Source of the DNA: Chiloscyllium plagiosum
Lineage: Eukaryota
Length of the DNA stretch: 64,000 bases
NCBI RefSeq assembly: GCF_004010195.1
Contig: NC_057731.1
Span: forward strand, 33,826,225 to 33,890,224
Direction: 5' to 3'
The first letter of the stretch is position 1; each line of letters begins with the position of its first letter. The notes under the pieces were generated by a model that saw nothing but the letters and a program-made list of their open reading frames with translations, had not been told where the DNA came from and searched no databases. Of the stretch, positions 33,721 to 45,600 are shown one piece after another. Position numbers and translations under genes: made by a program.

Positions 33721-36223
33721 TCATCCTAGAACCAAGTCAGAAGTTACATGACACAGGTTATAGTCCAATAGGTTTATTTGAAATCACAAGCTCTTGGAGC
33801 TGTTGGACAAAAACCTGATGTTGTGTGACTTCTGACTTTGTCCACTCCAGTCCAACGTGGGCACCTCCACATCATGGCTACCATTGTAGAACCAGAGGAC
33901 ATAGTCTGAGAATTACAGCCAGACTGCTCATGAGAGATGTTAGGAAGCACTTCGACAATACAAAGGGTAGTAGATGCTTGGAACACTCTTCCACAAATGA
34001 CAGTGAACACTAGGTCAGTTGACAATTTTATATCTGAGATAAATAAAGTTTTGTTAAGCAAAGGTATTAAGAGATAAGAGTCAAAGGCAGATATGTGGAG
34101 TGAGGCCACAGACCAGCCATGATCTCATTGACAGTGAAACAGGCTTGTCCTGTTGCCAGGTTCCTATCGCAATGCTGCTGCAAGGACAGTGTGAGCCTAC
34201 CTGGAATCTCACAGCATTCCTGATTTGCCTTGCCTTGCTGGCTAGTGCAGTCACAAAGCCAGAGGCTTGTTATGGGCGTTGGCAGTCCTCAAGGGGGACA
34301 GTCTGCATTCAGGGAGTCCCAGCATAGTAAGCCTAGGGCAGCCTCTGAAACCAGTCCAGTGGCTTGGACATGGTCAGTCAGCCACTCAGGATGGTCAGAG
34401 TCAGGGTTTTCATAAGGGGTAGCCCACCATCCATCTTTACTCTTTCTGCCCTATTGTGTGGGCTGTTATACTCCTCAAATGAGAGAGGGGCAGGAATTAA
34501 GGAAGATGAAAATGGGTGGCATAGCTGTTACTTTTCCTGCAGGTGGAAATATGTTCCAAGTGAGTGAACAGACAACACTGACAGGCAGGGCTGCTGTAAG
34601 GGGTTTGCTGCGACAGTAACAGCAAGTGAGGCAGGATGTTGCAGGCTGTAGTGAGAGTAGTAGAGCATCAGCCTTGTTGGGAGGTGGGTGCAGGAGCTGA
34701 GATAGAATGAGTATGAGGGATCAGAGAGAAGTGGTGGGACTTATTCTGGTGGAGTGGAGGAGTTCATTGATATTCTTTCCACTGTTGGTCATGTGTCTAA
34801 ATGGCTGAGACATAACTGACCTGGGTGGCATGACCTGCTCTGCTGGTCCTGGAGGAAGAGCGCATCTTATCTCTGCACCACCCTGTCCATGAAGTGAGAC
34901 ACCCATTTCCCTCCAATTTCCATCGTGCCAGGCAGCTCCAGACTAACAATGCCTCTTTGGGTGCGCTAAGGATTTTTAAAGATGATGTAGGTAAAAGGGA
35001 TGCCAAGCAAGTTGTTCCGGGAATATCACATAGTAATTGTAATGAAGTCAGCCAGGTGGACCTCATAGAATATGAGTTCCCTGACTGGGGCTGTTAATCT
35101 GGTCCAATCAGGGAGTCTGGCTGATAGATATAAACAGGAGTGTCAGAGGTTCTGTTCACTCTGAAAGCTGGCTCTGAGAGAGCTATATCAATGCCAAGGA
35201 CTCTCCATGTGTAAATAAAGGGCCACTTGGTGATGGGATGCTGGCTTCTGTGTGTTATTTCAAAGCTCATGGCAACATGGGGATCAAATCAGGCATGAGG
35301 GATGATATGGGGTGGGGTAGATAGTTAGTGAGACACATTGGTACATTTAGCGAGAAATCTCACTAGGCCTTATGACAAGAGTCCTTCAAAAACTTGGACA
35401 CAATGGGCATTTAGCCAAAAGAAATGAGATTCAACCCAATATGTCTGGTTTTCAGCTGCAGCATGCTTCTTTGTTCATTTTCTGCAGCTTCTGTATCTTC
35501 TAACAGCGTTCAGCAGCTCTCAGCATTCCTGTGTTCCTCTTTTAGCAGCTGTGCTTCTAAACAGCTTTTCAACTTTCAATCTCAGCTCCACTCTGACTCT
35601 GTTATAAGCTCGTAGGACAGCATGCTAACTTATACCATCTCTTTAATGAACTGGTTGCAAAACAAATGTCGCAGTGTATTGCTCAGAACACATATGTCAC
35701 ATGACTACAGGAGCCATATTTGTATAGTGTTACATTTCTAACCCAGAGTTCTTGGAATTCTAGGAGTGAAGGAAGTTACAGAGATAGTGACAGGCAAAGC
35801 CATTGAGGGAATTTAGTTTGAGACTTCGGGATAATTGGAGCCAGTGTAGGTTGACAAGCACTCAATGTAGAATAGGGTACAGGCAATGTTTTGTCTTACG
35901 GGATACTTTGGCAATCTTGTGAAAGTAATATTAGAGATGAAGAAAGAACAATTCAAAAGGGGCTTAAAATCCACAGTGTAGATTTTTAAAACTGCAGAAA
36001 CCAAAGGACTCAAATAGAAAAGAGTTAAGTCTATAATAATCAAGGCTTTGTTCGAAGAATGTCAATGGTATGACACAGCTTCTAACTACTGTGCTCGGTT
36101 TTAATGACACTCTATTGAATTGACAATAGCAGAAGTTTGTTTAATTTAGTAGAAACCTTTAACAGACAGTCATTCAATCAGATCTCCCCTGCAGCTAATT
36201 CCTTTCAGAGGTATAGAATTGAG

Positions 36224-36258
36224 GTTGCCTATAGCAACACAGTTGTCGCTGTGACGAG
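36224..36258. promoter_or_regulatory. RFX X-box (plus an adjacent degenerate second X-box) upstream of the EF-hand gene
   Basis: GTTGCC-TAT-AGCAAC at 36224-36238 fits GTNRCC-N(0-3)-RGYAAC. GTCGCTGTGACGAG follows immediately. The pair lies ~100 bp upstream of the ATG. Confidence 0.7.
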
Positions 36259-36336
36259 AGTTCCTGTTTGCAGCAAGGACACCAGTGCTTTTCTAATCAC
36301 GGTGATTTAGCATTTGTTCAGCTCAAGTTAGACAAA

Positions 36337-36643
36337 ATGGCTCAGGTAAGCATTACCAGACCCGCTTCACATTCAGGGTTACCATCCATGTTTCCTGAAG
36401 TGCAGCACCCTTTGTCAAGGCTGGGCAATCCTGAAACTATTTCAGTTCAGGGAGAATCGAACCTGTCAAATGGAAGACAAGGTAGTGAAAGATCTGCTTC
36501 TCAGGAAGCTTCAAATAATGGAGGTCCATTGAAAACAAGTCCCAGAAGGCGTGAATACATCTCTACTTTGGAAAATGCGCTTAAAGAGCACAGTAGGGGA
36601 CAAATGGACAACTGGAGAAAGCTTGATCACTGGATAAATCTCA
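36337..36643 (+). CDS. EFCAB6-like exon 1 (MAQVSITRPASHSGLPSMFPEVQHPLSRLGNPETISVQG...HWINL)
   Basis: ATG in good context (aaaATGG); 307 nt open frame; A|gtaagt donor (phase 1) matches the next exon. Confidence 0.75.
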
Positions 36644-39600
36644 GTAAGTTCCACTATTAAATACATACTGATTAGTATCTCAGGAATAAGCGTGCACCAT
36701 GAATTACGTGTTCAGTGGTGTGAACATGCTCAGCTGAGTCTTGCAGCTGTGAACGATATAGTGGTTCGAAGATTACGTGAGCTGAACTGGATAGTCACTC
36801 AGAAAATATGAGTCAGGAAAGCATTAAAATTCAACCTATATTGTCCAGTTTTCAAATGCTCCAGGGAAACACTGCTTACTGCACAGGCTGATTCACCATG
36901 ATGAACCATCCTTTAACACCTCAAATAGCTGCTGGTGAAAAGAGGTCTTGGTTAGTTGCCTCTGCGCCCACAAATGATTGATTCATGGGAGAACCTTGAA
37001 AACAAATAGAGACTTTTCAAATACTTGATAAAAACCAATTAAGGAAAAGGTTTGCATGAGCAAGTAGCTATAATGATTGAACTTTAAATAATTTTGTTTT
37101 ACATTTTATAAGTAGGGTTGGGTATGGAATGAACTGCCAGAGGAAGTGGTGGAGGGTGGAAAATTACAAAATTTAAAAGGCATCTGGATGGGTCTATGAA
37201 TAGGAAGGGTTTGGAGAGATATGGGACAAATGCTGGCAAGTGAGACTAGATTTACTGAGGATATCTGGTTGGCATGGACGGGTTGGATCGAAGGATCTGT
37301 TTCCATGCTGTACATCTCTATGACTCTATGACTCTTTAAGGGGTGAATTAAATTCACAATTCTGTAACTTTTGGATGAAAAGAATGATTTTTTACATTAG
37401 AAAAACGGTGGGCCAGTGACCCCAGACTGGTTGATCATGATGTTGAGACAATTATCACAAGACCTGGTACACAAATGAGACTGCAAATTGATGAGGTAAG
37501 AAATTTAGAGCTGTAGAATTAAATATTATGCATTTTTAATGTGCTGCGTTTGCATTCTCAATTTGGTGTATATATAAATTAGAGGCAATAGCAAATAAAA
37601 AATTTGAAGCTAAGGCATAATCATTGCATGGTTTGAATTTTGCTTAAAAATGAATGATTGCACCAAGTTTAGAAAATTGTCTTGTGCCTATCACCTATCA
37701 AATACAGGAATAGGTGTTACAAAAGGGAATATGTTTGGTCAGCATGGTATTGGTCGGTGGATCTAGCAAATGGAGCCGAGATTCATTTCATGGGATCCTC
37801 ATGTACGTAACACAATTGATTCATAAAACATAATTCAGTGAATCCATCATTTAAATATCTGACTGAAAAATGTTCTTAAATTTGGGATCTCAGAAGCATA
37901 AATCCTTATTGTCTGCATTTCAGTTAAGGATCTCAGGCACATAAATGGCATCATTATACTCCTTTTTACACATGAGCTGAAATCAACAGAAAACATATTA
38001 ATTATATGTTTCCTGCTGATTTTAATGATTCTCTGTGTTCAAATAGAATAGAAATAATTGTTTTACTAAGTTAAACTGATTACATATTCGTAATAGATTA
38101 ATGTTTTGAGCTTTTGATGCATTTTAGAATTTATGTAACAATGCAGGGATGAAATGTGATGTAATAGGTTCTTTTAAAATATTCATTCCACTCCTTGGCT
38201 TTTTTCTTAATCAGGACAAAGTGAGGACTGCAGATGCTGGAGATCAGAGTCACGAGTATGCTGCTGGAAAAGCACGGCAGGTCAGACAGCTTCCGAGGAG
38301 CAGGAAAATCGATGTTTCGGACATATTCTTGAAGAAGGGCTTATGCCCGAAACATCGATTCTCCTGCTCCTCGGATGCTGCCTGACCTGCTGTGCTTTTC
38401 TACCACCACACTCTCGACTTTTTTTCTTAATCAGAATCCTAGGACAGATGTTCTGTTTAATAATGTACTTACTTTATTGTGCCCTTACTCCTACTCCATT
38501 TAATCACCTTTCTTTCCACAAAATCTGGATCAGCCCTACAGTTGGTCGATCTAATCCCAGCTATTGAAAGAAAAGAGATCGATGGCTCAGGTATTGACAG
38601 GCCAACACTTTCCTTTTTTAATTTTAGATTTTGAGCTTTTTCACATTCACTTCTATGAGGACTCATTGAAAATCAATCAAGAACAGGGACTCTGACTAAT
38701 TTCCATCTCCTTTGCAGCTTAATATCACTAGAGCTAAAAGCAGCATTTGTACAACTGCCTCAACAGAGATTGGGACAAATCGAGAATTGAACCCATGTTG
38801 TACCTTTATACTTCAGTACCATGTCATATTGTGCGTTAAATACATAGGTCGGCAGGACAGCAGATGCCTCTTCTGTGAATAGTGGAGTTTGGATCTTTTC
38901 ATTTTAGTGCTAGCAATAAGAGGCTGTGTGGAACACAGATCTCTGCTGTTCTTACCTAACAATGCAATGGTCTAGCTATCTTAGGGCACTCCAACAGGTT
39001 GTAAAATATTAAAGATATTCTGATAGCAAGTGGGTTTAACTGACAGGCATCTTTACTGTTAAAAACCACACTGACATTCTGGAAATAGCATAAGTATTCA
39101 GATTCCACCTTTGTAGATTAATTAATAGTTAGACTGATTCAGCCCAGATCAAGTAGTGGTGTATTATTGAGGTCAGAGTACCAACTATATTATCTATAAT
39201 AAAAGGAGTAGCCATGGGCACCCGCATGGGCCCCAGCTATGCCTGCCTCTTCGTAGGATATGTGGAACAGTCCATCTTCCGCAGCTACACTGACAGCACC
39301 CCCCACCTTTTCCTCCGCTACATCAATGACTGTATCGGCGCTGCCTCTTGCTCCCACGAGGAGGTTGAACAATTCATCTATTTTACCAACACCTTCCATC
39401 CCGACCTCAAATTCACCTGGACCGTCTCAGACTCCTCCCTCCCCTTCCTAGACCTTTCCATTTCTATCTCAGGCGACCGAATCAACACGGACATTTACTA
39501 TAAACCGACCGACTCCCACAGCTACCTAGACTACACCTCCTCCCACCCTGCCCCCAGTAAAACCGGCATCCCATATTCCCAATTCCTTTGTCTCCGCCGC

Positions 39601-42600
39601 ATCTGCTCCCAGGAGGACCAGTTCCAAAACCGTACAACCCAGATGGCCTCCTTCTTCAAGGACNNNNNNNNNNNNNNNNNNNNNNNNNNNNNNNNNNNNN
39701 NNNNNNNNNNNNNNNNNNNNNNNNNNNNNNNNNNNNNNNNNNNNNNNNNNNNNNNNNNNNNNNNNNNNNNNNNNNNNNNNNNNNNNNNNNNNNNNNNNNN
39801 NNNNNNNNNNNNNNNNNNNNNNNNNNNNNNNNNNNNNNNNNNNNNNNNNNNNNNNNNNNNNNNNNNNNNNNNNNNNNNNNNNNNNNNNNNNNNNNNNNNN
39901 NNNNNNNNNNNNNNNNNNNNNNNNNNNNNNNNNNNNNNNNNNNNNNNNNNNNNNNNNNNNNNNNNNNNNNNNNNNNNNNNNNNNNNNNNNNNNNNNNNNN
40001 NNNNNNNNNNNNNNNNNNNNNNNNNNNNNNNNNNNNNNNNNNNNNNNNNNNNNNNNNNNNNNNNNNNNNNNNNNNNNNNNNNNNNNNNNNNNNNNNNNNN
40101 NNNNNNNNNNNNNNNNNNNNNNNNNNNNNNNNNNNNNNNNNNNNNNNNNNNNNNNNNNNNNNNNNNNNNNNNNNNNNNNNNNNNNNNNNNNNNNNNNNNN
40201 NNNNNNNNNNNNNNNNNNNNNNNNNNNNNNNNNNNNNNNNNNNNNNNNNNNNNNNNNNNNNNNNNNNNNNNNNNNNNNNNNNNNCACCTATCGCATTTCC
40301 AAAGCCCCTCCCCAAGTCCCTCCTCCCTACCTTTTATCTTAGCCTGCTGGACACACTTTCCTCATTCCTGAAGAAGGGCTTATGCCCGAAACGTCGATTC
40401 TCCTGTTCCTTGGATGCTGCCTGACCTGCTGCGCTTTTCCAGCAACACATTTTCAGCTCTGATCTCCAGCATCTGCAGTCCTCACTTTCTCCTATAATAA
40501 GAATAGATTTGTTAATTATTCTTGATTGTGTAAGCAAAAATCAATTAGATAAACCTGGTCACAGTGAGACAATTTGTTGCATCTTGTTTTCAACGTATTT
40601 GATAGTGGAACAAATGTTCAATTTTTCAGGCCTCAGTTATAGCTTAGAAAATGCAAACAACATTTTGAAGATTACTGACAAATCAATAAAATATAAAAAC
40701 CATAAACTGCATGACTTCACACAAGGGATATGTATTGAATGGATTACAAGAACGCAAATTAAGAACACAGGTTCTGGACTCTAATTTCATTTTGGAGCAG
40801 CTTGTGTAATTAAAATAGTATAATTGCTGATTGCTTGTACTTCTTTGAATCTGTGAAATTACATTCTTTTAATTAGCTTTTTGCTATAGACCAAATGCTG
40901 TATTCTGATAATGCAGTGTTTTCTGATCTCCAGACTTGACAGTATGCAAAGTGAGTTTCAGTGCTTAACACTGCTTAGTTTTGCATCACACTATTTCATG
41001 AATGTGGAAATTTCAGATCATATTTATTGTGATCTTACAGAGTTGCCTTTCTCTGAAAACACAAGTGAAGAATGTCTGAAGAAAGCATGAATTGTAATTA
41101 TATGTTGACATGGGGCATTTTGTGGATCTAATGATTTCTCCTTATTGGTTTTCCAGCTTCAATATCTTCTACATGAAAAGCTTAGATCTGGTGGATTCTA
41201 CATTCTAAAACAGCTTTTCCAGGCGCATGACCCTACTGGTAGAGGTCATGTGACAAGGTGAAGCACAAGTCTTTTTCTTGACTGAAGCGTTTTAAATTTA
41301 AGCAAGCATTAATGTGGGTTAGTTTTAACAGTTTAAATCAGATTGTGTTTCATATAACTGAAGGTGCATTTTGTGTTACTTCATTGTTAGTATGGAGCTC
41401 ATTGGCTGAGAACTTGTGTAATAAAATCAGATGTTGAGATCAGCTTGCCTAATATATCTACTGCCTTTCAGAGGAAAGAAATTTGCCAGATTTCTGGTAA
41501 TAACCAGCATGAACTTCAACCCAACTTTCAGTTTTGAAATGGACGTGGCCAATTTATTGAAAATAATAAAGTATTTATTGAGTTAACACAAATTAATGTA
41601 AATAAAATATACTATATGCAGTGTTTGAATAAGTGCAAGTATTACACCTCATTGGGTATATCAAGCCCTGCTTTTTTGGTACCATCACAAATGCTAAAGA
41701 TTTTATAAAAGTATATGCAATTCCCCGAGTTCCTGGCTTTTAGATCCAGATTGACAGAAAACATGGACTAGGTCTCTTCAATTAACAAGAATTACTAATT
41801 ATTGAAAATAAATGGATTCTGGCTAAAGAGAAACAATTGGCATATACCTTTGCCAGTTAAAATTTAACTCCCCTTATAAAGCTACCCCCTACACATACAG
41901 ACAGACACAACAGAAAATGGGAAAATGAGATTCCCAATGAAGGGTTTTTGCCTGAAATGTCGAATCTCCTGCTCCTCAAATGCTGCTGAAACTACTGTGC
42001 TTTTCCAGCACCACACTCTTGACAACAGAAAATGGGTAACGGTGGAGGGAAAGACTGGGAGACTGGTTATGACGTCTATCCACTGGGTTCACTGAGATGA
42101 TCCTCTTAACTTGTAAGGACCTGCCACTCCCCAATCTTCCTTCCTCACGTGCTTTCATTTGCTTGCAGGAGGCACAGGATGACTGGCTCACGTTTATCAA
42201 CTCTCTAACTTATTGGTTAAAAAGCTAAGCTTGCAGCTACCATTAGGGTGGAATATACAGGCTTTCTTCAGATTCGTGGGTTCTTTTCACTCCAGAGAGA
42301 GAGAGAGAGAGACAGCTCCTCCCTTTTTGGAAGCCTGATGGTTTCGGCACAAACATTTATGCCCATAAGCTTCTCAGTTACCTGGGAACCAAATCATATA
42401 GTCGTTGACAGGGGGATGGCCTTTGTCATCGACAGAGGTCACTATTCCACAGACCACTCAGTTACTTGCTGCTGGCCTCCCTTCAACCAACCCCAACCCC
42501 CATATCTGATCCAGTTTGTCTATAGTAACTCCACTGCTTGAACAAATAGTTGTGTAAACAGTACCTGCAAAGAGTGCCAAGTTACCTACTTTTTAAAAAA

Positions 42601-45600
42601 ATATAGTAATCCTTTCTGTTATCCTTGGTTTTGAAACAGAACTTTCGCATTTCTGTCCACAATCAAAAATACAGAAGAATTAAAATAAAGATATGGCCTG
42701 TGCACAATGATCTAGACAGCAAACATTGCAGGCATGCATGGGACTGTTAGGAACCCTGGAGTCTTGCAGCTGGAGGGTAACTAAACAGAAGCAAGATAAA
42801 TGAACAGTGAAGCATAAGAATTCATAAAAGAGACAATATAAGCAAATTGATGAGATTTGTTATTGTGCACGCATAATGGACAATGAAAGCCTGTTTGCCA
42901 AAGACAGGCTCTAATTCTTAAAGACAGCACACATACTTACAAACATAGAGACAGGCAGCTATCTTAATGAAACAAAAGGGTTGAATTTACTACTGGCTAC
43001 CCTTTGAACAGTTTGGACAAAGACTTTTTAAAGAAGTTACACAGGATTGTGTGTACAGTTTTCTTTAAATCTTAAGTGATAATACCCAAAGTTTTTTTCA
43101 GGTGGATTTAAGCATATGAATCAATTTAAAGTTGACTAATCATGTTATAACCATCTTTGATTGACTATATAGCTATCACTCAATAGTAGGGAAATACAGC
43201 ATTGAATATTTTTGTTTAGATCAGTCACTGTCAGTATAAGTGGTAGTCGTTGACCAAGTATTATTGGCTGTACAATACAGCAATCTTTATTTTAGTATAG
43301 TATAGAAGTAACTTGTACTGTAATCATCCATAATCAAGTTTGACTGGGTAAATTTACCTTGCACTTTATGCTTGCCCATGCCAATACTCCATTAGAGACG
43401 TTCACAGCCACAAATAGAGTTCAGCTCTGCGGTGAAACTTGTTTACAGGTCAGTTGTCAATGAAATGGCTTCATTCAGTGACAGCCTCCCTTGTGAAGAA
43501 GATGCAGGCATCTTTTGCATTCCCTTGGTAGGACTGTCAGGATTTAAAAAGCATAGGTTCTCTTTTTGTCCTTGATTTATTAACAGATGTGAGTCATGTG
43601 AACCCGATCAGTTAGTCAAGAATTTTGCTCATGTTAGGCATTAAATTCTTTTCTGAGGTCAAGTAAACAGAAGCAAGGAGGTTTCATAAGGAAACTCCAT
43701 TATAATGATGAATTAGGGTGAGTTTGAGATTGATGGAGCCAGTTATCTTGCATGAAATTTCCAATAATTCATGCATGCAATATGCAAAGTGTACAGTAAG
43801 AAAACAATTTAGGTTTGAGGTTATTTCTGGACAATTTTATTTCTTTTTTCTCCACAATCTTTAGGACCTTTTGAGCTATTGCTTTGCTGTTTATATTTTC
43901 TTAGCATACTATTAATGGCAGTAATGGGTTTCCCACTGGAATTCCCTTATATCTTAACTTTATGCAGACAAGAAGTGAGACAAAATCAATTTTCCTTTTC
44001 GTCCATTTTGCTATAATTGGCTGCATTCTCATAAATTTCACCCCTTCTGAAATTTTATGGTCCCATCATTAGATCATCTCCTTTCACATGCCCAAATCTG
44101 TATCTGGAGCTATGAATGATTATGATTAGGAGCTAACCCCAATAAATTGCACACAATCAACACATCACGTCTTGGCTGAATTTTGCACCAATTTGCAAAC
44201 TTGCCTTCTCCTTCTCATAGGCAATTGGAAGCAAATGCAGGCATTGCTAGCAAATTTCAATAAATAATTTTAAAAAAGTGTTTTATTGGAAGGTTTACAT
44301 TTGCATGTCAGCAGCTAATTTATATGGAGAAAATCAAAGCTGAGCTCGCTTACTTTCTTAACCTGTGACCACAATCTTGCATATTATAACACAGACAAGT
44401 AAACAATAATCAGGAGTGGTTTCTCTTTCTGAGCCCAGAACATTTGAGTCCATTTATCCATCAAATTAATTTGCTAAGATCAATTAACTCAATATAGAGC
44501 AACAAACGACGAGGGTTTGCAAATACTAAACAGATTATCAGAAGTTAAACAGTTTTACTTTATTAAATGCTTGCATTAACAAAAGTTGAATTTTAGACAT
44601 GTTAAATAGAGGTCTTTTGTTAATCATATGTGCAAAGATGTGGAAATGCACTTCCCTTCAAAGTTTTTGGCACCGCATTTATTCCTTACTCTCCCTTACT
44701 ATTAAGTCCATGAATTTCCCCAAATATCCCTGGTCAGTCTACATGCACATCTATACTTCTGATTAGAATAGTGCATCACACCAATGCATGTATCCACATT
44801 TAAATTATTTCTAAATGATTAGAGTAAGAAAGGTTCATTTACATTTATTGAATTTTAGTCACTCAGAGAATTCTTGCTGTTTCCTCAGCTTTCAATTATT
44901 AGAAGCCTTGCATTGGGACAGAATTAGAATGGCACATTAACAACACTTGGCATTATTATCTTGTGAAAGATCCTACATTTCAGTGTGAAAGAGATATGCG
45001 ATGAGTTCTGATCCTTTGCAAATTACTAGAATGTTTGCTGCTAACTTCATCAAAACCAATTGCAGTCCTACCTTGTTAGGCTCCCCACTGAACCTAATGG
45101 ATTGAAATACTTTTTTAAAAATTTAACTTTTTTATGATCAGCCTATTCAGAGATGTTATTACACACCTCTGGAGCAGGTAGGACTTGAACCCAGACATCC
45201 CGATCCAGGTGTTGGGACACTACCACTGCATCATAAAAATCCTTCCTAATGGATTTATGATGCGATTACAAATAATTCCTGTTGCATCCATTTAAAGCTG
45301 GCAACTAATGTAATTCATATTCCTGACATTTTAATGGACCTTCCTGGCCCATGAAAGTATCAGTGAGGTTGTGAAATTATTCTGAGTTGTTCCTGGAGTT
45401 TATCTTTAAATGAATTTTATCTGTCTTACCAGTATTTTAATACAAGCTTTAGCATCTGCACTTTGTAAATATTGGAAATTGATAATTTTTAGGACCAAAG
45501 CACTTTAGCATTCAGAGAAATATTATTTGTTCAAATGATAATAAAATTGATTTCTTTCAGAAATGACGTACAAGTAACTTGGGACATGTAGTTAGTGCTG

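Noticed and set aside
35424-35640. Purine-rich, coiled-coil-like minus-strand reading upstream of the EF-hand gene
   Set aside because: Multiple stops and no clear splice sites or family resemblance.
15100-36200. SFXN4 exons expected from human synteny
   Set aside because: No sideroflexin-like coding segments were recognised by eye, though small diverged exons could be missed without a search.
39526-40424. Long ORFs of 219-385 aa in the ORF track
   Set aside because: Their length is an artefact of reading through the N gap. Only the PLE RT part before the gap is real.
45150-45240. tRNA gene
   Set aside because: A and B boxes are present but there is no acceptor or anticodon stem; it is a SINE head.
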